From NCBI RefSeq assembly GCF_011386835.1, contig NC_088792.1, positions 228,842,001 through 228,906,000 on the forward strand: a DNA stretch of 64,000 bases. The letters are read 5' to 3'. The notes beneath the pieces were generated by a model, which searched no databases, had not been told where the DNA came from, and was given only the letters and a program-made list of their open reading frames with translations. The DNA is from Chrysemys picta bellii. Its lineage: Eukaryota. Numbering within the stretch: the stretch's first letter is position 1; each line of letters opens with the position of its first letter. A program made the position numbers and the translations under genes. This document shows positions 51,770 to 63,352 of this stretch, piece by piece.

Positions 51770-52050
51770 TACTGCACTTACAACTGTATGTCTAGTGCCT
51801 TTCATTCCAAGGGCCTGATTTGTGAAACCCTTATCTGTGTGGGTGAGGGCATTCATCTGAGGAGTCCCACTGAAGTAATGCAAGTCAGGGATGCACAATC
51901 TATGGTTTACCAAAGTGGATACACATTACTGCCACCATTTTATCTATGGGGAAACTGTGGCACAGAAAAGTTATGCAACCTGCCTAGATTTTATTATTTA
52001 CTGTGACTCAGTGGCAGTCCAGAATAGGACCCATTTTGAATCTCCCTATC
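51770..52050 (-). mobile_element. MIR-like SINE with a hairpin MITE inserted at about 51810-51895
   Basis: ccattttatctatggggaaactgtggcacagaaaagttat is the CORE reverse complement. Confidence 0.65.
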
Positions 52051-52284
52051 TTATTATGGATCTGGACAAATCTATAGTAGCCTTAATATTGGGTATCCAG
52101 CTATTTCTTTGTTTAGGATTCCGGAGATGTTTGGTTTAAAGGGAACTGGGCCCTTAGGACTCAGTCCTGCAAAGGGTTGAGCACCTTTTGGGAAGTGTTG
52201 AATGCCTTCAACTCCCTTTGGCCATTAATAAGGTGTAAACTTGTAACAAAGAGTATAATTAGCCATTGGAGCATCTTTCTGATG

Positions 52285-52468
52285 CATGTGGTGGTACCTC
52301 TGTCATGTGAGCTCTTTAAATCAAGCTTCGATGCTTTTCCAAAACAGATGATCTAGCCAGAAGTCATGGGCTCGATGCAAGAATCACTCACTGAAATCCT
52401 GCAGCCTGTGCTACACAGGAGGTTACACTAGATAATCCCAGTTTTGCCTTCTGGCCTTAAATTCTAAG
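52285..52468 (+). mobile_element. CR1 3' end fragment
   Basis: tttaaatcaag..gcctgtgctacacaggaggttacactagataat..ttctggccttaaattcta. Confidence 0.75.
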
Positions 52469-53719
52469 AAAGGATGGGGGCGAAGGTTGCTGAGCTACTC
52501 CTGGGGGAAGGGTGCTCAGCCCTTTGTAAGATCCACCCTTTGTGGCTTGGTTTTCAAAAGTGCTGAATGCCCAGTAATTTCTGTTGACTCCAGTGGGCTA
52601 AGGAGGCTAACTTTTTGCCTTAGTGGGTAGAAAACTTCTCATCTCTCATTATGATCAAGCTTAAAAATATATATATTTAAAAGATAATGGCCAGAATTAT
52701 TTTTTTTAAATAATGGCTGACTGATAACTTTTTCTTGCCTGTCCCCTGGAAACGTGAAGGCCTTTTCATTTATTTTCTATCTTGTCCTTGTGTTTATGCC
52801 CCACTGGTTTTGGTATCACATTGGGAAGAAAAAAATGACTTTACTTTTGTCTGCCACATCCTGCTGCTTCTCTGCAATTTATCCTTATGCAGGCCGTTTT
52901 AAAAATGATCAAGAGTAAAGCAAAATTCCTGTGTGTAGACAAACAAATATTACCAATGGCTTGGTCAAGATACCAAGACAATTGTGCAGGCTCTCTCTCA
53001 AACAATTACCAAACATTCTGATGATTCTTATTTACACATTAAGTTACCAAAACTTTAGAAAGTAGAGGAAGATTCAGTTACATTAAAAAATTATGTAAGT
53101 TGCTGTTATGCAATTTCCCCCTCCAGCATGAAAATCCTAGCTAGAATGTTCATAAGACCTGCAGTACTGTAGTTGGGTGGTGGAGGACATGTGTGCAGAA
53201 TGACACATGATCACCCTGCACACATTTAGCAAAACTCTTAAGCAAATGATTAACTTTAATCACATAGGTAACCCCACCCCTATTCATCAAAGCACTTGAG
53301 CAGGTGCTTAACCTCAAGCATGTGAAAAGTCACACTGAAGCTCAAAGGGACTATTCACAGGCTTTAAGTTAAGCATTTGCTTAAGTGCTTTTTGGAATAA
53401 GGATGTGATTACTCATGTTTTTAACTGCTTTACTTTACTGGAATCTTATTCTGGACCTGGGCAATAAGGAGATTCTTGTGCTACGGTTTAGTTCTTGCTT
53501 GAGCTCATCCTACTCTTGCAGGAGTTGAAGATCATACCATGTTATTGGAAAAGTAGCTTTCCCTAGTTGTGCAATACAATAAAATCTATTCAAGATTTAA
53601 TCTATGATCTTGAGTTGCTGGATTTGAACTCACCCTAAACTATTAGGAGTTGCATATGTGTCATACAGTTTATTATTGTAAAGGTAATTTTCAAAACTGA
53701 AAAGAGTTTATGATGTACT

Positions 53720-54717
53720 ATTTTTACACAGAGTGCCGGATCTCAGGATTCCCAGGACTGAGAGTCACCTCGTTACCCACCTGGCTCCAGTGAGAGGAAG
53801 ACTTGTTTGTGCTTAACTGGATGTCAGTTTCCTGACATTTCCAATCTATTAGCCACCCAAGCACTCTCCTCAGGGCTAAACCAGCCCTTGCTTTGCCTAG
53901 CAGATTAACAATAGATGCTCCTCAGTCCCTGAACCCCTTTGAAATGTTCCCCTGTAGTGTTCAGTCTCTTATCCACTGTTCACTCACAGAAATACCAGGT
54001 TTGCTATTTTTAAGTGGACACTATACACATCAGCTTGAATGACTCAACTCAGGATCAGCTCTTTGTATAATACCACAGCACTGAGTTATATTTATGCTGC
54101 AAACAATCACAAGATCATTATCAAAGATTATGATTTACCTTTAAAACAAAATCATAATATGCTTTCTAGAGATTAAAGAAGGCTACCCTTCTGTCCAAGG
54201 AAGTCTGTCTCACCCAGATGTCCTTTACAATGCTTCCAACCAGGGCAGGATGGGATCCCATTTTCATGAGCATAATCAGACTGCCCACAATTACTTCCTT
54301 GGGTGCATGGTAAAAGGGTGTCTTTTTGCCTTGAGCTTAAATTCTCCAAAGTTCATTTTCTGCTCCCAAACACAGGGCAACTCCCCGTGGTTCATTCTCT
54401 GGTGAGCTCCTTTCCTGTTGACTCAGTATGTAAATGGCTATTGTGTTGGTTTTCAATGCTTAATTTACATTTCGACAGAGATACACATCTTACCTCTTGT
54501 TTCTCTTTAGTTGCTGACAGACTTAAAAATATATTTTCAGTACATATACATAGCTCCTTAAATGACATCCATCCATCCATATCAGAATGATTACAAGGCT
54601 CAGTATGACATAAGCTTTTAGTAGAGAACTTACATGATATCATTGATGGATAAATACCATGAAAGCAGCATGCTAGGTATAATGAGTTTGTCAGGCCTGT
54701 TAGGAGTTGCTGTTACA
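53720..54717. mobile_element. Degenerate solo LTR-like element
   Basis: Ends in tgttaca. Interior (gagagtcacctcgttaccc, ttagccacccaagcactctcc, ccacagcactgag) resembles turtle LTR repeats from memory. No TSD seen. Confidence 0.5.
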
Positions 54718-54869
54718 CAACAGTGAACTCTTTGACTGTTGGCATTGTGGAGTTCTTACAGTCATACCCAGGTAAGGAGCTCAGAAATAGGGGATGATTT
54801 AAAAAACAGGCAATTAGAAGTGGATTAGGGCAGAACGATTCCATGCTATGCTAGCATTATAATAAATCA

Positions 54870-56910
54870 GATACAAGATAACTGGTGGGAGAGCAAAGCC
54901 AAAGAAATTGAGCACTATGCTGAGACCCACAACTTAAAGATGTTCTTCAGTGCTATTAAGACTGTCTATGGACCTTCTAAACCAAGGATCACCCCATTGC
55001 TCTCATTAGACAACACAACGCTGATTAAAGATAAAGAAGGCATCAACGAAAGATGGCGAGAACACTTTAGCAACCTTCTCAATAGACCATCAACTGTGAA
55101 TAATATTGTCCTCAATGAAATTCCACAACAACCTGCTCTGACAGATCTTGACTTTCCGCCCACTATAGATGAGATGAAGAAAGCTGTTAGCCAGATGAGT
55201 TCAGGGAAAGCTCCTGGAAAAGATGGATACCAGCAGAGATATACAAAGCAGCAGGTCCAGCAGCACTAGCAGCTTTCCACAGCGTGATCCTCAACATCTG
55301 GGAGAATGAAAGCATACCACAGGACCTCCGCAATGCTACTATTGTCTCTCTTTTCAAGAACAAAGGCAGCAAAGCAGAATGTGGAAACTATAGAGGCATA
55401 TCCCTCCTCTCCATTGGAGGAAGATCATCACCCGCATTGTCTTGAACCGCCTAATAGCCAGTATTTCTGAGGCAAATCTAAATGAAAGTCAATGTGGTTT
55501 TCAACCTGGCTGGAGCACAGTCGACATGGTGTTTGCTGTCAGACAAATACAAGAGAAGTGCATTGAACAGAACATGCACCTGTATGTTGTCTTCATAGAT
55601 CTGACAAAGGCGTTTGATACCATCAACAGGGAAGCCCTTTGGACCATTCTAACATGACTTGGCTGCCCAAGAAAATGTGCCCAGATTATACGCCTTTTTC
55701 ATGACAGCATGATAGGCGAAGTATTGTCTGATGGAGCCACATCAGCCCCCTTTAACATCACCAATGGCATGAAACAAGGATGTGTTCTCGCTCCTGTCTT
55801 ATTTAACTTATTCTTTGCATGTGTCCTTAACCATGCAATGAAAGATATGGACCGAGGTATATACTTGAAATACAGGCATGATGGTTCACTTTTTGACCTC
55901 CGTCGCCTGAATGCAAAAATTAAGACAGTGCAGAAACTCCTTCTTGAGGCACTCTTTGCTGACGACTGTGCCCTCGTGGCTCACACTGAAAATGATCTCC
56001 AGCACATTGTCAACAAGTTTGCTGAGGCCTTGCAACTTTTCGGACTATCAGCCTCGGAAAGACAGAAGTTCTCCATCAACTTGCACCTGGATCAAATGCT
56101 TCTGTCCTGAGTATCTCCATCGATGGCACTCAGCTGAAAGTAGTGGAGAACTTTAAATACCTGGGTAGTGTCATATCCAGTTATGGATCACTGGATAATG
56201 AGATCAACGCACGAATATCCAAAGCAAGCCAGGCACTTGGCTGTCTGCGTGTCAAAGTTTTAAATCACCACAACATCCAGATGTCAACAAAACTGCTTGT
56301 GTACAGAGCTGTTGTTCTTTCATCTCTTTTGTACGGGTGTGAAACACGGACACTATATAGGCGTCACATCAAGCAGCTCGAAGCATTTCACATGCACTGC
56401 CTCCGCAACATCATGAAGATCCGCTGGCAAGACAAAGTGCCCAATCTCGAGATCCTCGAGAGAGCCCAGATGACAAGCATCGAAATGATGATCATGAAGT
56501 CACAGCTACGTTGGACCGGTCATGATAGCCGCATGGATGCCAACAGAATCCCCCGTCACCTTCTGTATGGTGAGCTCTCCCAGGGCATCCGGCATATAGG
56601 TCGTCCACGGAAACGTTACAAGGACACCATCAAAGCCAATCTGCAGTACAGCAGTATCAAACCTAGGGACCTTGAGGACGCCACCAGCAACAGAACACAG
56701 TGGTGTGCAACAGTCAGAAATACCTGGATCGCCTTTGAGGAAGACCGCTGCCGGCGTCTACAAGAGGCACGTGAACGACGTCACAGAGCATCAGCAGCGC
56801 ACAATCCACTGACCGCGAACTTCCCGTGCACCATCTGCAGCAAAATGTGCACCTCTAGAATTGGCTTGTACAGTCATCAGAGGGCACACCATGAGACCAA
56901 CAATAGATGA
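54870..56910 (+). pseudogene. RTE ORF remnant: reverse transcriptase plus C-terminal C2H2 zinc finger
   Basis: Several frameshifts and a TGA at 55655-55657. CTICSKMCTSRIGLYSHQRAH (C-x2-C-x12-H-x3-H) at about 56827-56889. Confidence 0.93.
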
Positions 56911-56951
56911 TCTGCACAGATTTGTCATCATCGGATCGATGTACTACCAAG
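54870..56951 (+). mobile_element. RTE-clade LINE, 5'-truncated
   Basis: 9-bp TSD aataaatca (54861-54869, 56952-56960). RT motifs ESQCGFQPG, VFIDLTKAFD, KQGCVLAP, LFADD. Confidence 0.95.
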
Positions 56952-57366
56952 AATAAATCACTGATGGATGCTATTGAAGTAAGCTCTATAAAAATATTGA
57001 GACACCTAGTTATTTTAGAACAAAAGATTATGTTCAAAATGCAATAAAGTGGAATATCCCTAATTTTAAGGAGGGCAGGGCTCTCTGGCCACATGCTTTT
57101 GTATATTTTTGAGTAACAAGATCTGCCTTGAAATATTTTTGTATTTACACATGAGTGGACTGACGATTTGGGTCCCTTGTCACTGCATTTTCTTTTGCCA
57201 CTCATGAGCAACATATGTAAATTAACCCATACAGGATTTAAAGAAAGCCTTAATATAGTCCCTCTGTACTGCATGTGTTTTTATATATAATACACATGCA
57301 CAGACACCCACCAACACACACAGATGGTTCAACTGGTCAAACAGACAGGTCCACTTTCTGGGCAGA

Positions 57367-57618
57367 TTTCAGAGTGGTAGCCGTGTTAGTCTGTATCAGT
57401 AAAAACAATGAGGAGTCCTTATGGCACCTTAGAGACTAACAAATTGATTTGGGCATAAGCTTTCGTGGGCTAAAACCCACTTCATCATGTACTATGTATA
57501 TATATCTTCCTACTGTATTTTCCACTCCACGCATCTGATGAAGTGGGTTTTAGCCCACGAAAGCTTATGCCCAAATAAATGTGATAGTCTCTAAGGTGCC
57601 ACAGTACTCCTTGTTGTT
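57367..57618. mobile_element. Penelope-like terminal fragment, forward plus inverted arm
   Basis: tttcagagtggtagccgtgttagtctg.. followed by an inverted copy; perfect 12-bp TSD tttctgggcaga (57355-57366, 57619-57630). Confidence 0.85.
57531..57570 (+). ncRNA. Minimal type-I hammerhead ribozyme motif (Penelope-associated)
   Basis: GCAU CUGAUGA A GUGGG-UUUUAG-CCCAC GAAA GCUU AUGC: intact core, 4-bp stem I, 5-bp stem II, palindromic AGCU stem III. Confidence 0.7.
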
Positions 57619-58054
57619 TTTCTGGGCAGAGTATATCATACCAGTTTCCTGCACTCTGCACTGACTCTTAATCCATTTCCAGATCTTCCTGAAGATTTTA
57701 AAAAGAATCCTTAAAGTAGGCTGGGGCATAGCTTCCTTAGATACAGTCTCTCTTCCTAATATTTTCCCACAAAAACTTATGTACTAGGATGTTACAGCTG
57801 ATAGAGCCCAAGAACATATTTGGAAAATGGGCATTCTCAGGCATGGGCCTCAACCATGGCATTCCCTGTCACCAGAGATGAGTGAGCCTTAATCCCACCG
57901 CCTTCAGAGCACAAGATACCACTTTTTTTTGCACCAACAAAAAAGCATTCCCTCCATAACAATGAAGGCTACAGAATGGCCAGCAGTGCCCTTGCTGGAA
58001 ACAAAAATTTAGAGATTTTTCAGGCCAAGCAGAGGCAATTTTGATAATCTAGTC

Positions 58055-58414
58055 CAGGGTTTCTCAAACTGGGGTCCACAAGGGTACTCCAGGGGGTCCG
58101 TGAGTCATGTCCGGGCCGCCAGCCCCCTGATCAACTTCTTCCCCTCCCTCCCACTGCTTCCTCCATCCTGCGGAACAGCTGTTCAGTGGCATGCCGGATT
58201 CACTGGGAGGGTGGGGGAGGAGCAGGGGCTGGGATGGGGCGCGCTTGGGGGAGGAGGCGGAAAGAGGCAGGGAAGAGGAGGGGCATGGGTGGAGCGGGGG
58301 AGGGAAGAGGTGGGGCAGGGGTGGGGTCTGGGGCGGAGCAAGGAGCTTGGGGGTCCACGAAAATTTTTTAATCAAAATGGGGGTCCTTGGGTTGCTAGAG
58401 TTTGAGAACCACTA
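58055..58414. mobile_element. hAT-Charlie-like MITE
   Basis: Ends cagggtttctcaaact / agtttgagaaccacta; perfect 8-bp TSD atctagtc (58047-58054, 58415-58422). Confidence 0.9.
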
Positions 58415-58680
58415 ATCTAGTCTGATAACACAGGGCATAGGACTTCCCTGAATTAATTCCTGTTTGAACTAGAACATGTCTTTTAGAAAAATATCCTGTG
58501 CTGATTTAAAAATTGCCAGTGTTGGAGAATCCACCACAACCCTTGTTAAGATGTTCCAATGGCTAATTACACTCACTATTAAAATTATTTCCAGTCTGCA
58601 TTTGTCTAGCTTCAACTTCCAACCATTGCATCTTGTTATAGCTTTGGCTGCTAGACTGAAGTCTGCTATCATTTTTTTGT
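58415..58680 (-). mobile_element. CR1 3' fragment (host of the Charlie MITE)
   Basis: Colinear with 39370-39640: atctagtctg..aaaaattgccagtg..ttcaacttccaaccattg. Confidence 0.85.
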
Positions 58681-60629
58681 TTCCTTTCTAGAAAATGCCA
58701 AAGAAGGCAGCAAAAATTATGAAATGGAGATCAGTGCTCTTTTGTTTGGAATTTATGATCTTTAATGTATGCACATGATGCCTTCATCACTACAGTGCTG
58801 GCCACATTAAAAATGCCCAGGATCTTTCCATTGACTTCCATTGTCTTTCAATTAACTTCAGTGCGCTTTGGATCATGGCCATACTTCTCCTATCCTATGT
58901 CAGTATTTTGCTTCTATGAATGATGCAGAGTTTAATTAGTCAGATGGCATATTGTAATATATGTTTTCAAAGCAGAGTGGGTAGTGCACACATGCAAATC
59001 AAATCTAACCATTTGTTAATGGACCGTGTTCATATCTATCTGCCCAGGCACCCGCTGCCCACTGTGAACTTTCTCCATTACTGCATGTCCTCTGTTGCAG
59101 CTGAGTGTGCTTGAAACCCATGGCTTTGAGTGAATGCTGTTACTAGAGGTACAAATCCAAAGCCATGCTCAATTCTTTTCCACTTGCCAGTCAGTTACAT
59201 ATTGGTATATGTCTAAAAATGGGAGCATGAGAGTGAATTCTACAAATTATTCTGTGATATTTTTGAAGGCTGTTAAAGGATTTCACAAAAATATTTGGGG
59301 ATTTATGCCTCATGAACTATGTAATCTCAAATTAAATAGATACTGTATTAAGGCATCAAAGCAACAGCTTTAATCTGTTTTTCCCAGTTTTAATAGTTTA
59401 AGAGCTGAACCTTATCAGAAACAGCTGCTACTAATGAAAGCCTAACATTTGTTATACATTTTCCATTATTTTCCCCCCTGTATTTTTCTCTTTTAACCTA
59501 TTTAACCTATTTGTAAAAGGTGGTGGTTTAGCTGTTGCCTGAGGGGTCTTATTACTCACTTGTTTTGTATGCCCAGCTTAAATATTTAAAAGCCTACACT
59601 GTGAAAGTTGTAGTGTCTGGCTGGATTAAAAAAAAAGTAGTGAGTGTTTAACTGCAGTATGGATCAGATGGAATTTTTGTGATTATATGATTATAGTAAA
59701 ATCATTCTGATGATTTAATATTTCCTTTCACTGTTTATTAATAGGTCAGCTGGATGACGATGCTTTGGGATGGAGCAATTGAAATTCATAGGATGAAATA
59801 CAGCTGTCTGCAAAAGCTTAAGGTCTCAGTCCTGCAATTTGTTCCATGCAGGTTCAGTAGGGTGCCATAAAGGCACAGGAATCTGCAGGACAAGTAACAG
59901 GAGCCAAAACAAAATGATTAAGCTTTGAGATGATTTCAAGTGCGAGAATATATTAATTATGTCTTGACAAAGTTAAGCCAAATATATATTCTAAATAGGG
60001 GTGTGTGTGAGAGAGAGACACCCCCCCACACACACACAAATCCACACAGTGGAGTTAGGCTGAGCACTGCATATTTTGAATCCCAATATTATATTTAAAA
60101 ATATATATGCAGTGCCACGATTACTGTCATCTGCAATATTACTTGTATTTGGTTCAATGTTATGGAGGGTGAACTTTGGTTCCTTTTGTTTTGATCATGT
60201 TTTTCTGATGTTGTACAGTGCCCCAAGCACCTCAGTGGTCAGGACTAGGATGGAGCTTTATACATAAGTTATTAGTTATTATGTATTTATTTTAAAAGAG
60301 TGCAGCTTCAGATGCAAAAATAATCTTTCCCCGCAGAATTGCTTTCACAGAAAAGTTGGCTTTGTAAAAATATTAAATGTATTTCTAGCTTCTCTTAATA
60401 CAATTTAATAGCTGGAAACAAGGAGGAGAACCATCGCAGTGTGACTTGATAGCTTCTGCAGACTACTCGCAAGTCCTCTGGAGACCACAGATGGTCCAGG
60501 GCCACAGTTTGATAATCAAATCACTAATCAATCAATACAAGTAAGACAGCACCATCAATCATTTTGGCAAGTTCATTTTTTCACTCATCGAACTCTTCTA
60601 TTGCCTTTTAAAAAAATAAATAGGAAATA

Positions 60630-60816
60630 CACCTCTACCCCGATATAACGCGACCCGATATAACACGAATTCGGATATAACGCGATAAAGCAGCGCTTCG
60701 GGGGGCAGGGCTGCGCACTCCGGCGGATCAAAGCAAGTTCAATATAACGCAGTTTCACCTATAGCGTGGTAAGATTTTTTGGCTCCCGAGGACAGCTTTA
60801 TATTGGGATAGAGGTG
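60630..60816. mobile_element. Tc1/mariner (Tigger/pogo-like) MITE
   Basis: TIRs cacctctaccccgatataacgc / gctttatattgggatagaggtg; TA TSD (60628-60629, 60817-60818); repeated gatataac subterminal motifs. Confidence 0.9.
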
Positions 60817-63260
60817 TACATAAAAAGGCAGCCATCAATTCTGAGTGGGGCAAGTCAAAAAAAATGGAATTGAAAAATTTCTCTGTGGAAAAAAGTGACA
60901 TTTTTGCTAGAATATTCTTGAAAAATTGTCCCGTTTTCTGACCAGCTGTAACCCCAAGCAACAGAAACAATTCATGAATAAATTTGACTCAGTGCAACAG
61001 TGAACAAGGTTTGACAACTTGCTGCAGCAAAATTCTGTGAGGCATTCTGTCTGCAAGACAAAGTCTTTTGTGCTAGGTATGTGCCTGACCATATACCACT
61101 GGAGCTGTTGGTCTAAGTAAGAGCTTAATTATCCCCACTTAGGCCTTTTCTAGGTTGAGACAAATTATGTTATTGGGATAATTTTAAAATGGTTCCTGCA
61201 ATGGACATGGTGTGCAATGGACATCAAATACGTCAAAAATGTGTTTTAAGTCACACTGTAGTCTAGAGACTATAATGTGGTTTTCAAACACTGTTTTCAG
61301 ACAGTTATGCCCAGCCCACATTGATCAGCTCAACCATAGGTGTGTAGCAATGGGATGCATAGTGCTCCCAGATCCTTACACATCTACCAACTTCCACATG
61401 GAAGGGGGGTTCCTCCCCTCCTGCTCTTGGACACGGCTGTGCACTTTGTGGGTTCAGGTCCCCATGGGAGGAGTGGGCAGATTGGGACCAGGAAGAGGTA
61501 GGCCATGAACAGTGATGAAGAGGAGGGACACAGGTTCCTGTCTTCCTAATGCTTCTGCCCCTCCTCATCTCTTGTAGGAGTGAGGTCCATCTTGGAATGT
61601 GAGGTCCACAGTGGAACAGGTTTAACGTTGGGCCAGTGAAAGGGAGCAAGCATGAAAATGACTTTGTAGCCTGGTGGTTGCCCACAGCAGAGCTCTAACC
61701 ACCAGTGTGGTCCATTTCATTTTCAAGGTCCAATACGCCAATGCAATGCTGCAACAAATGGACTGTGGACAATGTAGAGCACATCTATTTGTTAAACCAA
61801 GCAGTTTTATTGGGATTTATGGACCAGTCCTGCATTTGTCTATTTGTGTGGGGGGATACACCTGGGCCATCATAGTCAATTGTAGGATCAGGACCTAAAA
61901 TAATACTGATGGAGAGCAAACTTTTTCATTGGTCTTTGGTTTTATAAAGATTTATTTTTCCAAAATTAAATTAAATGTTGGGCCAAACTTGACCTAGTAG
62001 TGTCCTACTAAAGAAAAATTCCCTCGGTCCTAGATTTAGTTTCACTGAATACATTTTTCCAGTGGAGTTTAATCTAAATTAATCAATTTTTCCATTTATT
62101 TCATGTTTATACACTTAATTACCCATAGGACATATCCAGACTATAGAAGAAAACCTTTGGTAACTTTCCTGGGAGAGCCTAAAGAAGAGTTAGCTGCATT
62201 TTTCCGTGCAGCCATTGCCTATCTCTGAATGGTCCCAGATCAGTTGGTAGTAGCTGCCTAAAAGTATGTGAAGTTGGTTGGCCACAAGGACAGTAGTATA
62301 TCTCATCACTAATGAGAGCGACCTTTCCACCTCTACAGCTTTACATGATTGAAATCAGGAGAAATTAGTTTACTAAACTCAGATCTTACATAACTGTCAG
62401 TTCTAGAATTGAAACCGTTGGTCATAGTGCAAAGGATGAATGCATTAGCACTTGGATCTATTTGAAAATATTGCAGGAATCAGAATGAAGATAAAAGAAT
62501 TGTGATTGAACCAGCTAGTTTCTCTGTAGTTTTTGACTGATGGGTGAAGAATAATGATATCTCCAAGGTGTCCAGCCTTCCGTCTGGCGCACTACACATT
62601 TAACTGGAAAATCAGTGCTGCTGAACCAAAAACCCCGCTGCTTATACAGCTGACAAAGGCTGCGTTAGAGCACACTTTAAAATATAGACAAGAGCATAGG
62701 TTTTGTAGAGAGTTCCATTGGGGTGTGAGCTGAAAGGTAATGTTTGAAATCTCTGCTGATCATGATTCAACGACATCACTTCCCATTTATTGTTATAATT
62801 TAACATAATAGGGACTCTAGATCTTAATTTTATATATACTATAATACTAATTATATATATACACACGCACACACACTCATCATATAAAATACTAAATACT
62901 GTTAACATATTAGAATATGTTAAGATTGTTCTAAACATAAATATGGGGGAAATTATATCAGTAAAATATATCATTTTATTCAATACAAAACTATAGCGGT
63001 TGGGGAAAAAAACAAGACCCATGTAGTATGATACACTGTTAAATTCCAGATAAAGGTGATTGGAAAATAACTACTACTGAAAGTCACTATCCATGCATTT
63101 TCTCAGGGGGAATTATCTCAGCTTCCACTTGAAATATAAATTAGCCGCTTTTATTTTATACAGATGTAATACAAAGATGAAACAAAAAAGCAGCACCGTC
63201 CTTTGTAATTTTATGGTCCCTTCTAAAACCTTATCTTGTAAGAATGTCCTTCTGTAGGAA

Positions 63261-63352
63261 GGTTTCAGTGGTAGCCGTGTTAGTCTGTATCAGCAAAAAA
63301 ACTGAGGAGTGCTTGTGGCACCGGTGCCACAAGGACTCCTCGTTTTTTTTGC
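63261..63352. mobile_element. Minimal Penelope-like inverted insertion (no hammerhead)
   Basis: Perfect turn-around ttgtggcacc|ggtgccacaa (63313-63332); TSD ttctgtaggaa / ttttgtaggaa. Confidence 0.8.

Noticed and set aside
57452-57490. Minus-strand hammerhead in the forward arm of the 57367 insertion
   Set aside because: The core is broken (ttcatcatgt instead of ttcatcagatgc), so C3 and stem I are lost.
58064-58415. G/P-rich ORFs on both strands
   Set aside because: They lie wholly inside the G-rich Charlie-like MITE.
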